From IMG/VR virus record IMGVR_UViG_3300020442_001467, positions 1 through 64,000 of that record: a stretch of 64,000 bases of DNA; one strand, 5' to 3'. This document shows positions 1 to 7,557 of the stretch, piece by piece (the stretch's first letter is position 1; each line of letters opens with the position of its first letter). The DNA comes from a virus. The notes beneath the pieces were generated by a model. That model made no database searches, had not been told where the DNA came from, and saw only the letters and a list, made by a program, of their open reading frames with translations. The position numbers were made by a program, and so were the translations under genes.

Positions 1-75
1 GACATGATTGATTTGCATGATGATGATTCATGCTGTGATCACCTTGAATTTGAACAACTCGTATTATTCTCATGA
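1..75 (+). CDS. 3' end of a hypothetical protein (truncated by window start)
   Basis: Frame 1 is open to TGA at 73-75, which overlaps the next ATG (ATGA). Confidence 0.45.
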   Translation, partial: DMIDLHDDDSCCDHLEFEQLVLFS

Positions 76-266
76 TTGACGCTGCTTGGAGAGAACACTG
101 CAAAGGATTACTATCTGATGTCATTGCAGAGTATCTGAATGATGATAAGATGACACCTAATGATTTCATTGAGGATGTCAAGGGAGAGTTAGATACGTGG
201 ATGGAATATCACAAAGGACAATACGTTAAAGCATCTAGTATTCAAGACAAACTTCAACAACTCTGA
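72..266 (+). CDS. hypothetical early protein
   Basis: 64-aa ORF with ATGA/TGATG coupling to both neighbours. Confidence 0.7.
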   Translation: MIDAAWREHCKGLLSDVIAEYLNDDKMTPNDFIEDVKGELDTWMEYHKGQYVKASSIQDKLQQL

Positions 267-364
267 TGACTGTTCCTGTTTCAACTTGGGCATCATACCT
301 GCACTGGCTGGATGACTGCCAGAACGGTAGTGAGCTGCTACTGGTGTTGTCCATCATCAACTGA
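266..364 (+). CDS. small hypothetical protein (32 aa)
   Basis: MTVPVSTWASYLHWLDDCQNGSELLLVLSIIN; TGATG overlap with the previous stop; below the ORF-track cutoff. Confidence 0.45.
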   Translation: MTVPVSTWASYLHWLDDCQNGSELLLVLSIIN

Positions 365-418
365 CCACTGCTCGAACTGTCCACTGAACCCACACAGGGC
401 ATGCCAATGCCCTATACT
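363..418 (+). promoter_or_regulatory. early promoter: palindromic upstream element plus -10 TATACT
   Basis: GACCACTgctcgAACTGTCCAC at 363-384; TATACT at 413-418; C/A-rich leader to ATG 445. Confidence 0.65.
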
Positions 419-444
419 ATGTTCATCAGCAAGGGACACCACCC

Positions 445-681
445 ATGACCACCACCATCGTCAAGCACTCCTACTACAAGATCGAGATCGACACCATCGA
501 TGCTCCGCAGCAACCGATCGTGTATTTCCGTAAGGAAGGCAAGTGCAAGACTGCCAAGGGCATGGATCGTCAGCACAATCGCATTGTGAACGAGACTGTA
601 GAGGAGTGGCGTCAGTTCTCGGAGCAGATCCGTCGTTACACCATCTCTCGTGTCCCTGCTAGCGAGTATGTGGCAGCATGA
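445..681 (+). CDS. hypothetical early protein
   Basis: 78-aa ORF directly downstream of the promoter. Confidence 0.75.
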   Translation: MTTTIVKHSYYKIEIDTIDAPQQPIVYFRKEGKCKTAKGMDRQHNRIVNETVEEWRQFSEQIRRYTISRVPASEYVAA

Positions 682-875
682 TCGGTCAATTCTTCTCTCC
701 TGAATCACACGGCTCCTGGACAATGGTTTATCGCATCACAGCTGTCACTCCTGACGAAGGTAAGGTGACCTACGACGTGCTAGACGAGCGTGAAGCGCGT
801 AGACTACACTCCAACCTGCTCGAAAGGCAGTTGATGGGTGACGGTACACAAGGTGTCACAGTGCGTGTTGTCTGA
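678..875 (+). CDS. hypothetical protein
   Basis: 65-aa ORF with ATGA overlap. Confidence 0.6.
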   Translation: MIGQFFSPESHGSWTMVYRITAVTPDEGKVTYDVLDEREARRLHSNLLERQLMGDGTQGVTVRVV

Positions 876-895
876 CCTCTCCCATGGACTATACT
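838..895 (+). promoter_or_regulatory. early promoter: palindromic element plus -10 TATACT
   Basis: GTGACGGTacacaaGGTGTCACA at 838-860; TATACT at 890-895. Confidence 0.65.
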
Positions 896-916
896 AAACA
901 CATCAACCAAACGGAC

Positions 917-1369
917 ATGACCACTTCCTTCGCTGACTTCGTTGCCACTCAAGATGCTCGCAACGACATTCAACTCCGCATTCGTGAGTATTGCCTGATG
1001 CTGTGTGAAGCATTGGAGCAAGACTTTGTTAAGGATAGTCTGCGACGTGCTGATTTCTTCCTGCAAACTGATGCCGAGTATCGTGCCAAGCGTATTGCTG
1101 ACATCAAAGCAGGTAAGGGCATGTATAAGTTCAGCATTGAGAGTGGACGTAAGTATCACAAGATTGTGATGGAGACTGAATCACAGAGCAAGAGTGTACA
1201 TTGCTTTGTCAACATGAAGACTGGTGAGTTGCACAAGGCAGCATCATTCAAAGCACCAGTGAAAGAACCACGTTTCGATCTGCGTGTGATCAAGGAGCGT
1301 GAGTGGGTATTTGAGAACTGTGACTGGAGTGGCGGTTATCTCTACAAAAATGCATACTACCAGGGTTGA
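917..1369 (+). CDS. conserved phage hypothetical protein
   Basis: GRKYHKIV...SVHCFVNMKTGELHKAASFKAP motif seen in many large phages; start placed at ATG 917, downstream of the -10 box. Confidence 0.8.
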   Translation: MTTSFADFVATQDARNDIQLRIREYCLMLCEALEQDFVKDSLRRADFFLQTDAEYRAKRIADIKAGKGMYKFSIESGRKYHKIVMETESQSKSVHCFVNMKTGELHKAASFKAPVKEPRFDLRVIKEREWVFENCDWSGGYLYKNAYYQG

Positions 1370-1394
1370 CACCCTGACCAATACATAGTATACT
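1366..1394 (+). promoter_or_regulatory. sigma70-type promoter
   Basis: TTGACA (1366-1371), 17-bp spacer, TATACT (1389-1394); AAGGAG RBS before ATG 1420. Confidence 0.8.
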
Positions 1395-1419
1395 ATCAAC
1401 AGTTCACTCAAGGAGCACA

Positions 1420-1641
1420 ATGGACCACGATCTCATGTATGTTGTCATCAATGGTGAGGCAATCATGATCGAGAATGGATCAGCTGTATCATACCTCGTT
1501 GACGAGGATGATGGTACTATCGACTGGACAGCAGGTGATACTGTTGACTGGGAAGATATGTCTCCTGAAGAGTACAAAATGTACAAGGCAGCATATGATT
1601 TCTTGCTGACTTACAACCAAACTTATGTGTACACAAAATGA
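1420..1641 (+). CDS. acidic hypothetical protein
   Basis: 73 aa, good RBS. Confidence 0.75.
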   Translation: MDHDLMYVVINGEAIMIENGSAVSYLVDEDDGTIDWTAGDTVDWEDMSPEEYKMYKAAYDFLLTYNQTYVYTK

Positions 1642-1865
1642 GCATTGTCACTGACCACGTTCTCGAACTGCTAGAACCCATTGATGACCGACTCAAGGTT
1701 AAACCACGTCTCGACATTTCTGATCGAGAGTATCAACTCTTCTGGCGTTATCATGGGCATTATCCTGCCGAGTTTGCTGCTGCTGTAGCTAAATCTCTTC
1801 CTGAAGGACATGTCTTTGTCTCTTATGATCACTTGAAGAATCTACTCATCACTGATCATGAATAA
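1638..1865 (+). CDS. hypothetical protein
   Basis: 75 aa, ATGA coupling. Confidence 0.7.
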   Translation: MSIVTDHVLELLEPIDDRLKVKPRLDISDREYQLFWRYHGHYPAEFAAAVAKSLPEGHVFVSYDHLKNLLITDHE

Positions 1866-2139
1866 AGCAACCGCTGAACGAATCTCCAGACTGGTCGATA
1901 AGATCATGGAGAATCGCACACGACGATTCAAGTTTTTGATCAGGAAAGAGCGTCTTGATGATGCTTTTGCTGTTGCTGATGAATTCTATGAATGGTTGCA
2001 TCCTGACTTTGCCGATGATGATGACCTAATTGTTTACTATGACAGCGAAGAACTCGAAGCCCTCTACTACCAAAAGAAAGTCCAAAGTCTCATCAAAGAA
2101 GACTTTGAAGATTACGGATCGGAGGAAGAGCATTACTGA
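1858..2139 (+). CDS. hypothetical protein
   Basis: 93 aa, overlaps the previous stop. Confidence 0.7.
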   Translation: MNKATAERISRLVDKIMENRTRRFKFLIRKERLDDAFAVADEFYEWLHPDFADDDDLIVYYDSEELEALYYQKKVQSLIKEDFEDYGSEEEHY

Positions 2140-2374
2140 CTGGCCTGCACATGCACAGGCATTCCCTTTCCGTCTTGAATACATCTCACATGGTGATAAG
2201 ATCATTGCCATGTTTGAATGTCAAGAACACTTGAACAAACACCTACAGAGGTACAATCTAAACAAGAAGAATTCGAGGGTGGACATCTTCCCTGATCATC
2301 AGTACAAACCACCCACCAACTACAAGAAACCAAAGCGTCAACTATTCTCCACCATTGAAGACTTTTTCGTATGA
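2039..2374 (+). CDS. hypothetical basic protein
   Basis: ATG at 2039; FPFRLEY...AMFECQEHLNKHLQRYNL; 101-nt overlap with the upstream ORF, so the start is uncertain. Confidence 0.6.
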   Translation: MTAKNSKPSTTKRKSKVSSKKTLKITDRRKSITDWPAHAQAFPFRLEYISHGDKIIAMFECQEHLNKHLQRYNLNKKNSRVDIFPDHQYKPPTNYKKPKRQLFSTIEDFFV

Positions 2375-2529
2375 AACTCAAGACAACCACTAGACAGTTT
2401 GTAGACAGCAAGGGTAACACCTGGGAATGGGAAGAGAGTGATGAAACACGCAAAGCAATTGCTAAACTTCACCAGACTATGCAATCTAATCTCGAAGCAC
2501 AAGCAAATGACTATGGAGTAGGTAAGTGA
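2371..2529 (+). CDS. small hypothetical protein (52 aa)
   Basis: MKLKTTTRQFVDSKGNTWEWEES...; fills the gap with ATGA/GTGA coupling. Confidence 0.65.
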   Translation: MKLKTTTRQFVDSKGNTWEWEESDETRKAIAKLHQTMQSNLEAQANDYGVGK

Positions 2530-2732
2530 ATCCATTCAACTTGACATGGGATGAACAACTCCTCCAAACAATGAATGAACTCGGTTGGGAACGTACTGAC
2601 CTGATTGATGTGCAAGTTGGTGGTACACAAGTACATGAGATTGATGGACTAGATACTAAATGGTCACCCAAGAAGGGGACACGTAAGTACAACAAGGATG
2701 CATTTATTGTACTGAAACGACATGAACTATGA
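2526..2732 (+). CDS. hypothetical protein
   Basis: 68 aa, GTG start overlapping the previous stop. Confidence 0.65.
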   Translation: MNPFNLTWDEQLLQTMNELGWERTDLIDVQVGGTQVHEIDGLDTKWSPKKGTRKYNKDAFIVLKRHEL

Positions 2733-2943
2733 TGGACCATTGTATGCACCCTGGCACAAAGTTATTCAAGGCAGACCTAATCTCATGACATTCAACCTAG
2801 AAGAACTTAAATACCTACAAGAGGTATTGGAACAGGCAACACAATACACAAAGGCACGAGGTGAACAAGTAGAACACCCATCAGTGTCACACGATAAGAT
2901 CCTCAACAAAATTAAAGAGAAGATACACAAACTCACAGCATGA
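2722..2943 (+). CDS. hypothetical protein
   Basis: 73-aa ORF. Confidence 0.6.
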   Translation: MNYDGPLYAPWHKVIQGRPNLMTFNLEELKYLQEVLEQATQYTKARGEQVEHPSVSHDKILNKIKEKIHKLTA

Positions 2944-3512
2944 TTTACTCACTTGACCTAGACACACCACCTGATCTTATTAAGTATATTGAAGAGTCTG
3001 TCTCTACAATACCTACAGAGATAGCACAGGTGCATAGTCATACGGCAAAGAGTAAGCAAGTCACAAAGAAAGATGTACGCTCATGTGTTACTCAAGTATG
3101 TAACATGAATGAGTGTTGGATACCTGGGTTCTTTGATTCATACATCCGACGATTCAATCAAGTGTACTATCACTATGATATTTCTCATCTACGTGATTCA
3201 GTACAATTCATTACCTATGGTGTAGATGATCACTATGATTGGCATGTAGATGAAACAACACATCTTCAACCACAGTTCAAAGGTGATAGAGATCTGGTAA
3301 GAAAGATTTCATTTTCTTTTCTATGTAATGATGACTATGAAGGAGGAGACCTAGAGTTCTGGAATAAACAAGATGGTAGTACATACACTGTACCAAAGAA
3401 AACATCTAGACTTATTGTATTCCCATCATCAACTCGACATAGAGTCAAACCAGTGACTAAAGGTGTACGTAAATCAATTGTAGGTTGGATGGTTGGTCCT
3501 CCATGGAAATGA
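2940..3512 (+). CDS. 2OG-Fe(II) oxygenase (prolyl-4-hydroxylase/PKHD-like)
   Basis: YDWHVD (HxD), RKISFS, DYEGGDLEF, FPSSTRHRVKPVTKGVRKSIVGW. Confidence 0.9.
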   Translation: MIYSLDLDTPPDLIKYIEESVSTIPTEIAQVHSHTAKSKQVTKKDVRSCVTQVCNMNECWIPGFFDSYIRRFNQVYYHYDISHLRDSVQFITYGVDDHYDWHVDETTHLQPQFKGDRDLVRKISFSFLCNDDYEGGDLEFWNKQDGSTYTVPKKTSRLIVFPSSTRHRVKPVTKGVRKSIVGWMVGPPWK

Positions 3513-3513
3513 C

Positions 3514-3702
3514 ATGAGATATTATACTGTAGAATATGAACACACTTACTATGGACATACACAGTCATGTATCACTAGAGCAGTCTATTTTCAACTCGAA
3601 TCAGCACAACAAGCGATGATGACGATGATTCACCGAGGACAAGTCGTAACGGGTTTATGTGAACATACACTGGATAGTTCCCGTAGAGGCACTCCCAAGT
3701 AA
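3514..3702 (+). CDS. hypothetical protein
   Basis: ATG at 3514 just after the oxygenase stop. Confidence 0.55.
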   Translation: MRYYTVEYEHTYYGHTQSCITRAVYFQLESAQQAMMTMIHRGQVVTGLCEHTLDSSRRGTPK

Positions 3703-3747
3703 CTGTAAGGGTTATCAACGACGCATTTTGTGTATTTCTTAACAACT

Positions 3748-3768
3748 TGTGGAAAAACCTGTGGAAAA
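3748..3768. promoter_or_regulatory. two tandem cyanobacterial-type DnaA boxes (TGTGGAAAA = TTTTCCACA)
   Basis: TGTGGAAAA at 3748-3756 and 3760-3768, intergenic and beside an AT-rich tract. Confidence 0.55.
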
Positions 3769-3848
3769 CTAAATGTATTAAAAAACATAGGTATTGTGCG
3801 GAGTTGTTGTTGGTTTAGCACCCGACCACTCGAATGTCAACCCCGAGT

Positions 3849-3906
3849 GTGCCAGTTTATCAGGAGACCCCGAGAACTTGACAAATCCGAGTTTTTCGGT
3901 TATTAT
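3849..3906 (+). promoter_or_regulatory. sigma70 promoter with an upstream half-element
   Basis: GTGCCAGTT at 3849-3857; TTGACA 3878-3883, 17-bp spacer, TATTAT 3901-3906. Confidence 0.75.
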
Positions 3907-3971
3907 AGAAATATGAAAAGTTCAAAAAGTCAGTTTTTTGAGTTTTTCAGAAATCTCAAATTTTAAAAAAG

Positions 3972-4202
3972 ATGGAATTTAAAGATTTTGAATCTTCTGC
4001 TATTTCAAGTTTAACAACTAATCAGAATAATCTCACTATTGTGTTTAATAGTTCTCCTAAAGAGTATAATTACACTATAAATGATACAAATTGGGTAGAA
4101 TTACTCACTAATTGTGTCAAAAACGGTGAAAGTGTTGGTAAATTCATCAATAAATCTCTAAAAGAGAAGAATATTGAAGAATTAGTCAATATTTCTAAAT
4201 AA
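3972..4202 (+). CDS. KTSC-domain-like protein
   Basis: SSAISSL...LTIVFNSSPKEYNY...ESVGKFINKSLK matches the KTSC pattern. Confidence 0.65.
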   Translation: MEFKDFESSAISSLTTNQNNLTIVFNSSPKEYNYTINDTNWVELLTNCVKNGESVGKFINKSLKEKNIEELVNISK

Positions 4203-4236
4203 TTACTCAAATTATTGCATAAACACAGTAATAACA

Positions 4237-4395
4237 ATGAAAAGCAATCGTAAATTCAATCCTGATAGTAAACATAAACAAATTCAGATTGAAGATGATT
4301 ATGAAGACTTTGGATATGAAGTCAAGAATGCAAAGAGATTTAAAAGCAGAGCAAAACAATCTGCCAAGTTCAGAGACTACGATGAATTCGATTGA
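4237..4395 (+). CDS. small charged hypothetical protein (52 aa)
   Basis: MKSNRKFNPDSKHKQIQIEDDYEDFGYEVKNAKRFK...; below the ORF-track cutoff. Confidence 0.6.
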   Translation: MKSNRKFNPDSKHKQIQIEDDYEDFGYEVKNAKRFKSRAKQSAKFRDYDEFD

Positions 4396-4409
4396 TATCT
4401 AGAGGACGT

Positions 4410-4467
4410 GTGCCACTAATCGTAGTGTCCACTAACACTTGCATTTCAGATTGATCTGTGCAATAGT
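4410..4467 (+). promoter_or_regulatory. early promoter with palindromic element
   Basis: GTGCCACTaatcgtAGTGTCCAC 4410-4432; TTGCAT 4439-4444; TGcAATAGT 4459-4467. Confidence 0.6.
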
Positions 4468-4491
4468 AACACTGTCGAACAAATCACACAA

Positions 4492-4740
4492 ATGACTGAC
4501 AACATCATCGATCGCGATCAGTTGCAAAATGCACTCATCGAAACCATCATTGATGGTATGGATCACAAGGACATGTGGCAGTTCGTTTATGATAGTTTGA
4601 ACGGCAACTTTGATGATTACTCTGTCGATGAACTTATCAAGGAAACTGAAGAGTATTATCCCCATTTGTTGGAAGATGCCGCAGTGGTACATGTGACCTA
4701 CACTGACACACCGATGGCAGAAGAGGTCTACGGCGGGTAG
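4492..4740 (+). CDS. acidic hypothetical early protein
   Basis: 82 aa with a C/A-rich leader. Confidence 0.75.
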   Translation: MTDNIIDRDQLQNALIETIIDGMDHKDMWQFVYDSLNGNFDDYSVDELIKETEEYYPHLLEDAAVVHVTYTDTPMAEEVYGG

Positions 4741-4795
4741 ACAGTCGAGGTAGTGGCACAGCCTCGGTTGTGCCCTCCCCAATCTCGTGTATTGT
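4740..4795 (+). promoter_or_regulatory. early promoter with palindromic element
   Basis: GACAGTcgaggtAGTGGCACA 4740-4760; TATTGT 4790-4795. Confidence 0.65.
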
Positions 4796-4823
4796 ATAGA
4801 AGTCAACCAAACGACACCATTTC

Positions 4824-5147
4824 ATGCGTAAGATCGAATCCCTGATGAACGCTGCAGTTGCTAACAACAGCAACTGGACAAACAGCAACACCAGTGTTAC
4901 GTACTGCCCTGAATCTGAAGAGTCTAAAGTGTACCTGCACGGCAACCACATTGCTACCGTAGGTGATGACTTCCTCCAAATATTTGATGGAGGTTGGCAG
5001 TCCAACACCACCAAATCTCGTCTGAATGCACTCATCAACCGCTTCTGCAATGGGGTGACCGATGGTGTACACCAGTCTAAATTTGTGTGGTACATTCGTG
5101 ATAACAACGTCGAGCGTGAGTTCGAGAATGGTTACATCTTCGCCTGA
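4824..5147 (+). CDS. conserved cyanophage hypothetical early protein
   Basis: MRKIE...VYLHGNHIA...GGWQSNTTKSRLNAL. Confidence 0.8.
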   Translation: MRKIESLMNAAVANNSNWTNSNTSVTYCPESEESKVYLHGNHIATVGDDFLQIFDGGWQSNTTKSRLNALINRFCNGVTDGVHQSKFVWYIRDNNVEREFENGYIFA

Positions 5148-5153
5148 TGTAAC

Positions 5154-5178
5154 AGGGGGTTAACAACCCCCTTTTTTT
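5154..5178 (+). terminator. intrinsic terminator
   Basis: AGGGGGTT-aac-AACCCCCT followed by a T tract. Confidence 0.85.
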
Positions 5179-5219
5179 ATGCTAAAATATATACACTGCA
5201 CACATAGGAGTTAGTATAC

Positions 5220-5351
5220 ATGGACTTCAAGGATTACGTCGAGGGAGAGATGAAATACTATGAAGAATACTATGCTGAACTTAACATCCTATTGAAAGAA
5301 TACGGGTACGATTGTGATTGCTTTGACATTGAATATACTACCGCTGATTGA
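5220..5351 (+). CDS. small acidic hypothetical protein (43 aa)
   Basis: AGGAG RBS; MDFKDYVEGEMKYYEEYY... Confidence 0.55.
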   Translation: MDFKDYVEGEMKYYEEYYAELNILLKEYGYDCDCFDIEYTTAD

Positions 5352-5372
5352 TACCCAGGTCAGCCGCTTCGC

Positions 5373-5428
5373 TGCCAGTTGCCGAAGTGGCACACAAAAT
5401 AGGCACAGCACCCCAGACCGTGTATTGT
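5373..5428 (+). promoter_or_regulatory. early promoter with palindromic element
   Basis: TGCCAGTTgccgAAGTGGCACA 5373-5394; TATTGT 5423-5428. Confidence 0.65.
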
Positions 5429-5458
5429 AAGGGCATGGAATTCAAAGACCCCTGCACA

Positions 5459-5629
5459 ATGGCAATCGAGACCGACCGACTGATGGAGTTACAAGACTTC
5501 ATGTTTGACACCATGGCATCGCCAGAGATGGCAGTTGACTGGTGGTGTGACCGCTTCGGCGTGTCTGCCACTGATGAGGTGATCGACCTGGTTGTGGATG
5601 CCCATTTCGCCATGTTCGCTGATCAATGA
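5459..5629 (+). CDS. hypothetical early protein
   Basis: ATG at 5459 (alternative 5435) downstream of the promoter. Confidence 0.65.
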   Translation: MAIETDRLMELQDFMFDTMASPEMAVDWWCDRFGVSATDEVIDLVVDAHFAMFADQ

Positions 5630-5751
5630 AACGCATTAAGAAAGTCTTCCCCCTGACCCTTGCCCTGATCGTGGGCATCATGGCAGCAGACTACGTGAAG
5701 CAGGGTGCAGTTGCAGGACTGGCACTGCATCAACAGCACGTCTGCCGCTGA
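5626..5751 (+). CDS. small putative membrane protein (41 aa)
   Basis: MKRIKKVFPLTLALIVGIMAADYVK: basic N-terminus plus a hydrophobic helix; ATGA coupling. Confidence 0.5.
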   Translation: MKRIKKVFPLTLALIVGIMAADYVKQGAVAGLALHQQHVCR

Positions 5752-5762
5752 CCCTGTAGGAT
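5705..5762 (+). promoter_or_regulatory. early promoter with palindromic element
   Basis: GTGCAGTTgcaggACTGGCAC 5705-5725; TAGGAT 5757-5762; ACACACAACAAAC leader. Confidence 0.55.
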
Positions 5763-5783
5763 ACACACAACAAACAAAACGAC

Positions 5784-5972
5784 ATGAAATTCGATTCAGA
5801 CGGCATCTACGCTTCATCTGCCAAACTCAAAGAGATTGCACTGATCGTGCTTGAGCAGGAGAAGCGTGATCGGGAAGCAGCCCGACGTGCTGCCGAGTCT
5901 GCATCCGAGTTCCCATCCTGGGGACCTGCCATGGGACAGTGGGGACACTGGAACATCAGCGACCGCGATTGA
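5784..5972 (+). CDS. hypothetical early protein
   Basis: 62-aa ORF. Confidence 0.65.
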   Translation: MKFDSDGIYASSAKLKEIALIVLEQEKRDREAARRAAESASEFPSWGPAMGQWGHWNISDRD

Positions 5973-5991
5973 TCGCCCTGGGCTCTACAAT
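5933..5991 (+). promoter_or_regulatory. early promoter with palindromic element
   Basis: GGGACAGTggggacACTGGAAC 5933-5954; TACAAT 5986-5991. Confidence 0.55.
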
Positions 5992-6013
5992 ACACACAAC
6001 AACCAACCAAAGC

Positions 6014-6250
6014 ATGTTTGCAGTTCAACCCGCCGCCTGGTCCAAATTCGATGAGCATGGGGCAGACTATGCCATCAGCATCTCCCACGCTTATCGACTC
6101 TGTGGCATCTGGCAGGAGCGAGGCGAAGCCCAGGGCGACATGATGGTATGGCGTCTCACCTCTGGTCATCCTGTGAAGTGGGTTCGGGTCTATGAAGACG
6201 AGAGCATCGACAGTGTGACAGATGACGCACTGGCTCTGTTGGCAGTCTGA
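6014..6250 (+). CDS. hypothetical early protein
   Basis: ATG at 6014 after a C/A-rich leader; MFAVQP... Confidence 0.7.
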   Translation: MFAVQPAAWSKFDEHGADYAISISHAYRLCGIWQERGEAQGDMMVWRLTSGHPVKWVRVYEDESIDSVTDDALALLAV

Positions 6251-6272
6251 TCGCCCCATCACCGTCTACAAT
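6215..6272 (+). promoter_or_regulatory. early promoter with palindromic element
   Basis: GTGACAGAtgacgcACTGGCTC 6215-6236; TACAAT 6267-6272. Confidence 0.55.
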
Positions 6273-6296
6273 ACACACAAGCAAACAAACCACACG

Positions 6297-6548
6297 ATGC
6301 AAGCACTCGAACCCATGATCCCCGAGCGTACCGACTACAACGGGTGGACCAACTATGAGACCTGGAACGTTGCCCTGTGGTTGCAGAACGATGAGGCGAT
6401 GTATGAAGTCGCCAAGCACTACAGCACCTACGACGCCCTGATCCCTCGCCTGGAATATCGGTTCGGGCAGATGACCCCTGACTCGGTGCGTTGGATGGAT
6501 GGACGCATCAACACCGATGAACTCGACGAGATGCTCACGGATCTCTGA
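6297..6548 (+). CDS. conserved phage hypothetical protein
   Basis: YNGWTNYETWNVALWLQNDE motif, widespread in phage early genes. Confidence 0.8.
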   Translation: MQALEPMIPERTDYNGWTNYETWNVALWLQNDEAMYEVAKHYSTYDALIPRLEYRFGQMTPDSVRWMDGRINTDELDEMLTDL

Positions 6549-6552
6549 TCCA

Positions 6553-6561
6553 TGCTATAAT
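6553..6561 (+). promoter_or_regulatory. extended -10 promoter
   Basis: TGcTATAAT upstream of ATG 6587. Confidence 0.65.
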
Positions 6562-6586
6562 TTCATCAACCACACAACACCACACC

Positions 6587-7168
6587 ATGACGACCCTCAC
6601 CCCTTACAACCTGACCGAGGCGCACCGCATCTATGTGGAGCGGATCGCCCCCCTGCATGAGCAATACCTCTCCGAGCAGAACGCAGGCGGCAAGATGAGG
6701 GCATCCATGGGCGACCTCTATGAAGACGTGGCACAGGCAGTGATCTATGCTGTCGATCCGACCGTCGTGTGTAAGCACAACGACTATATCATGATCGAGA
6801 GCAAGGGGGGCAAGCATTACAAGAGAACACAGGTGGACATCCACGCATACAAGGATGGCGAGCTGGCGTTCATCGTGGAGGGCAAGACCTACATCGACTC
6901 GTCCATGCTGGACCGTGCCTGCAGTGAGTTCGATAAGATCAGACGGGTCTACCCTGACATCCCTGCCGCTGTGTTCTCTGGGCAGGACGCCACCGACCCT
7001 GACTCTGCAGCATGGTTCGCTGATGAGTGTGATCACCAAGTGTTCATCGTGAACACCACCAAGCAACGCAGCAGCAGCGCCCCGATCTTCCAGACCGCCG
7101 ACCCATTGGACACTGTAGCACTGCAGCAGTTCGCAGCGTGGGTTGCCCAGTGCCTCGCAGATCGGTGA
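6587..7168 (+). CDS. PD-(D/E)xK restriction-endonuclease-like nuclease
   Basis: GDLYED helix, QVDIH and FIVEGKTY give the E...D...ExK catalytic pattern. Confidence 0.65.
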   Translation: MTTLTPYNLTEAHRIYVERIAPLHEQYLSEQNAGGKMRASMGDLYEDVAQAVIYAVDPTVVCKHNDYIMIESKGGKHYKRTQVDIHAYKDGELAFIVEGKTYIDSSMLDRACSEFDKIRRVYPDIPAAVFSGQDATDPDSAAWFADECDHQVFIVNTTKQRSSSAPIFQTADPLDTVALQQFAAWVAQCLADR

Positions 7169-7347
7169 GTTTTTGCTAAATCCGACAGGGGGCAGTATTT
7201 TGCCCCTAGTACGGGTGTACGCCCGCCGCCGTACCAAAAAAGTACCTTCTTCCTAACCTACAAAGTGTTACCCAAGCAAGATAAATATTACGGGTCCCCC
7301 ATATACAAAAAAATCGCCCAGAAAATTTTTACCTGTATAGTTGAATC

Positions 7348-7557
7348 ATGAAAGACTACGATGGATACCTGAATAGGCAAGCAGAAGTCCTCAACGAATT
7401 TGACGACTTTTGTGAACAATTTGAGAAACGCGCCGCCGAGCAATTTAAGAATGCAGATAAATCAGATGAAAGATTCAAGCTCCTCCGAGAAATCGCAAAT
7501 GAACCTGGAGGAAGTGCTGGAGATAGCGTTCCAGGAGATCAGGGAACTGAAAGCTGA
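7348..7557 (+). CDS. hypothetical protein
   Basis: 69 aa; first gene after the non-coding junction. Confidence 0.65.
   Translation: MKDYDGYLNRQAEVLNEFDDFCEQFEKRAAEQFKNADKSDERFKLLREIANEPGGSAGDSVPGDQGTES

Noticed and set aside
3730-3966. 78-aa ORF across the intergenic region
   Set aside because: GTG start without RBS, and it overlaps the DnaA-like boxes and promoters; likely spurious.
6566-7237. 223-aa minus-strand ORF and other antisense ORFs in 5300-7240
   Set aside because: Shadows of GC-rich + strand genes that have their own promoters and recognisable motifs.
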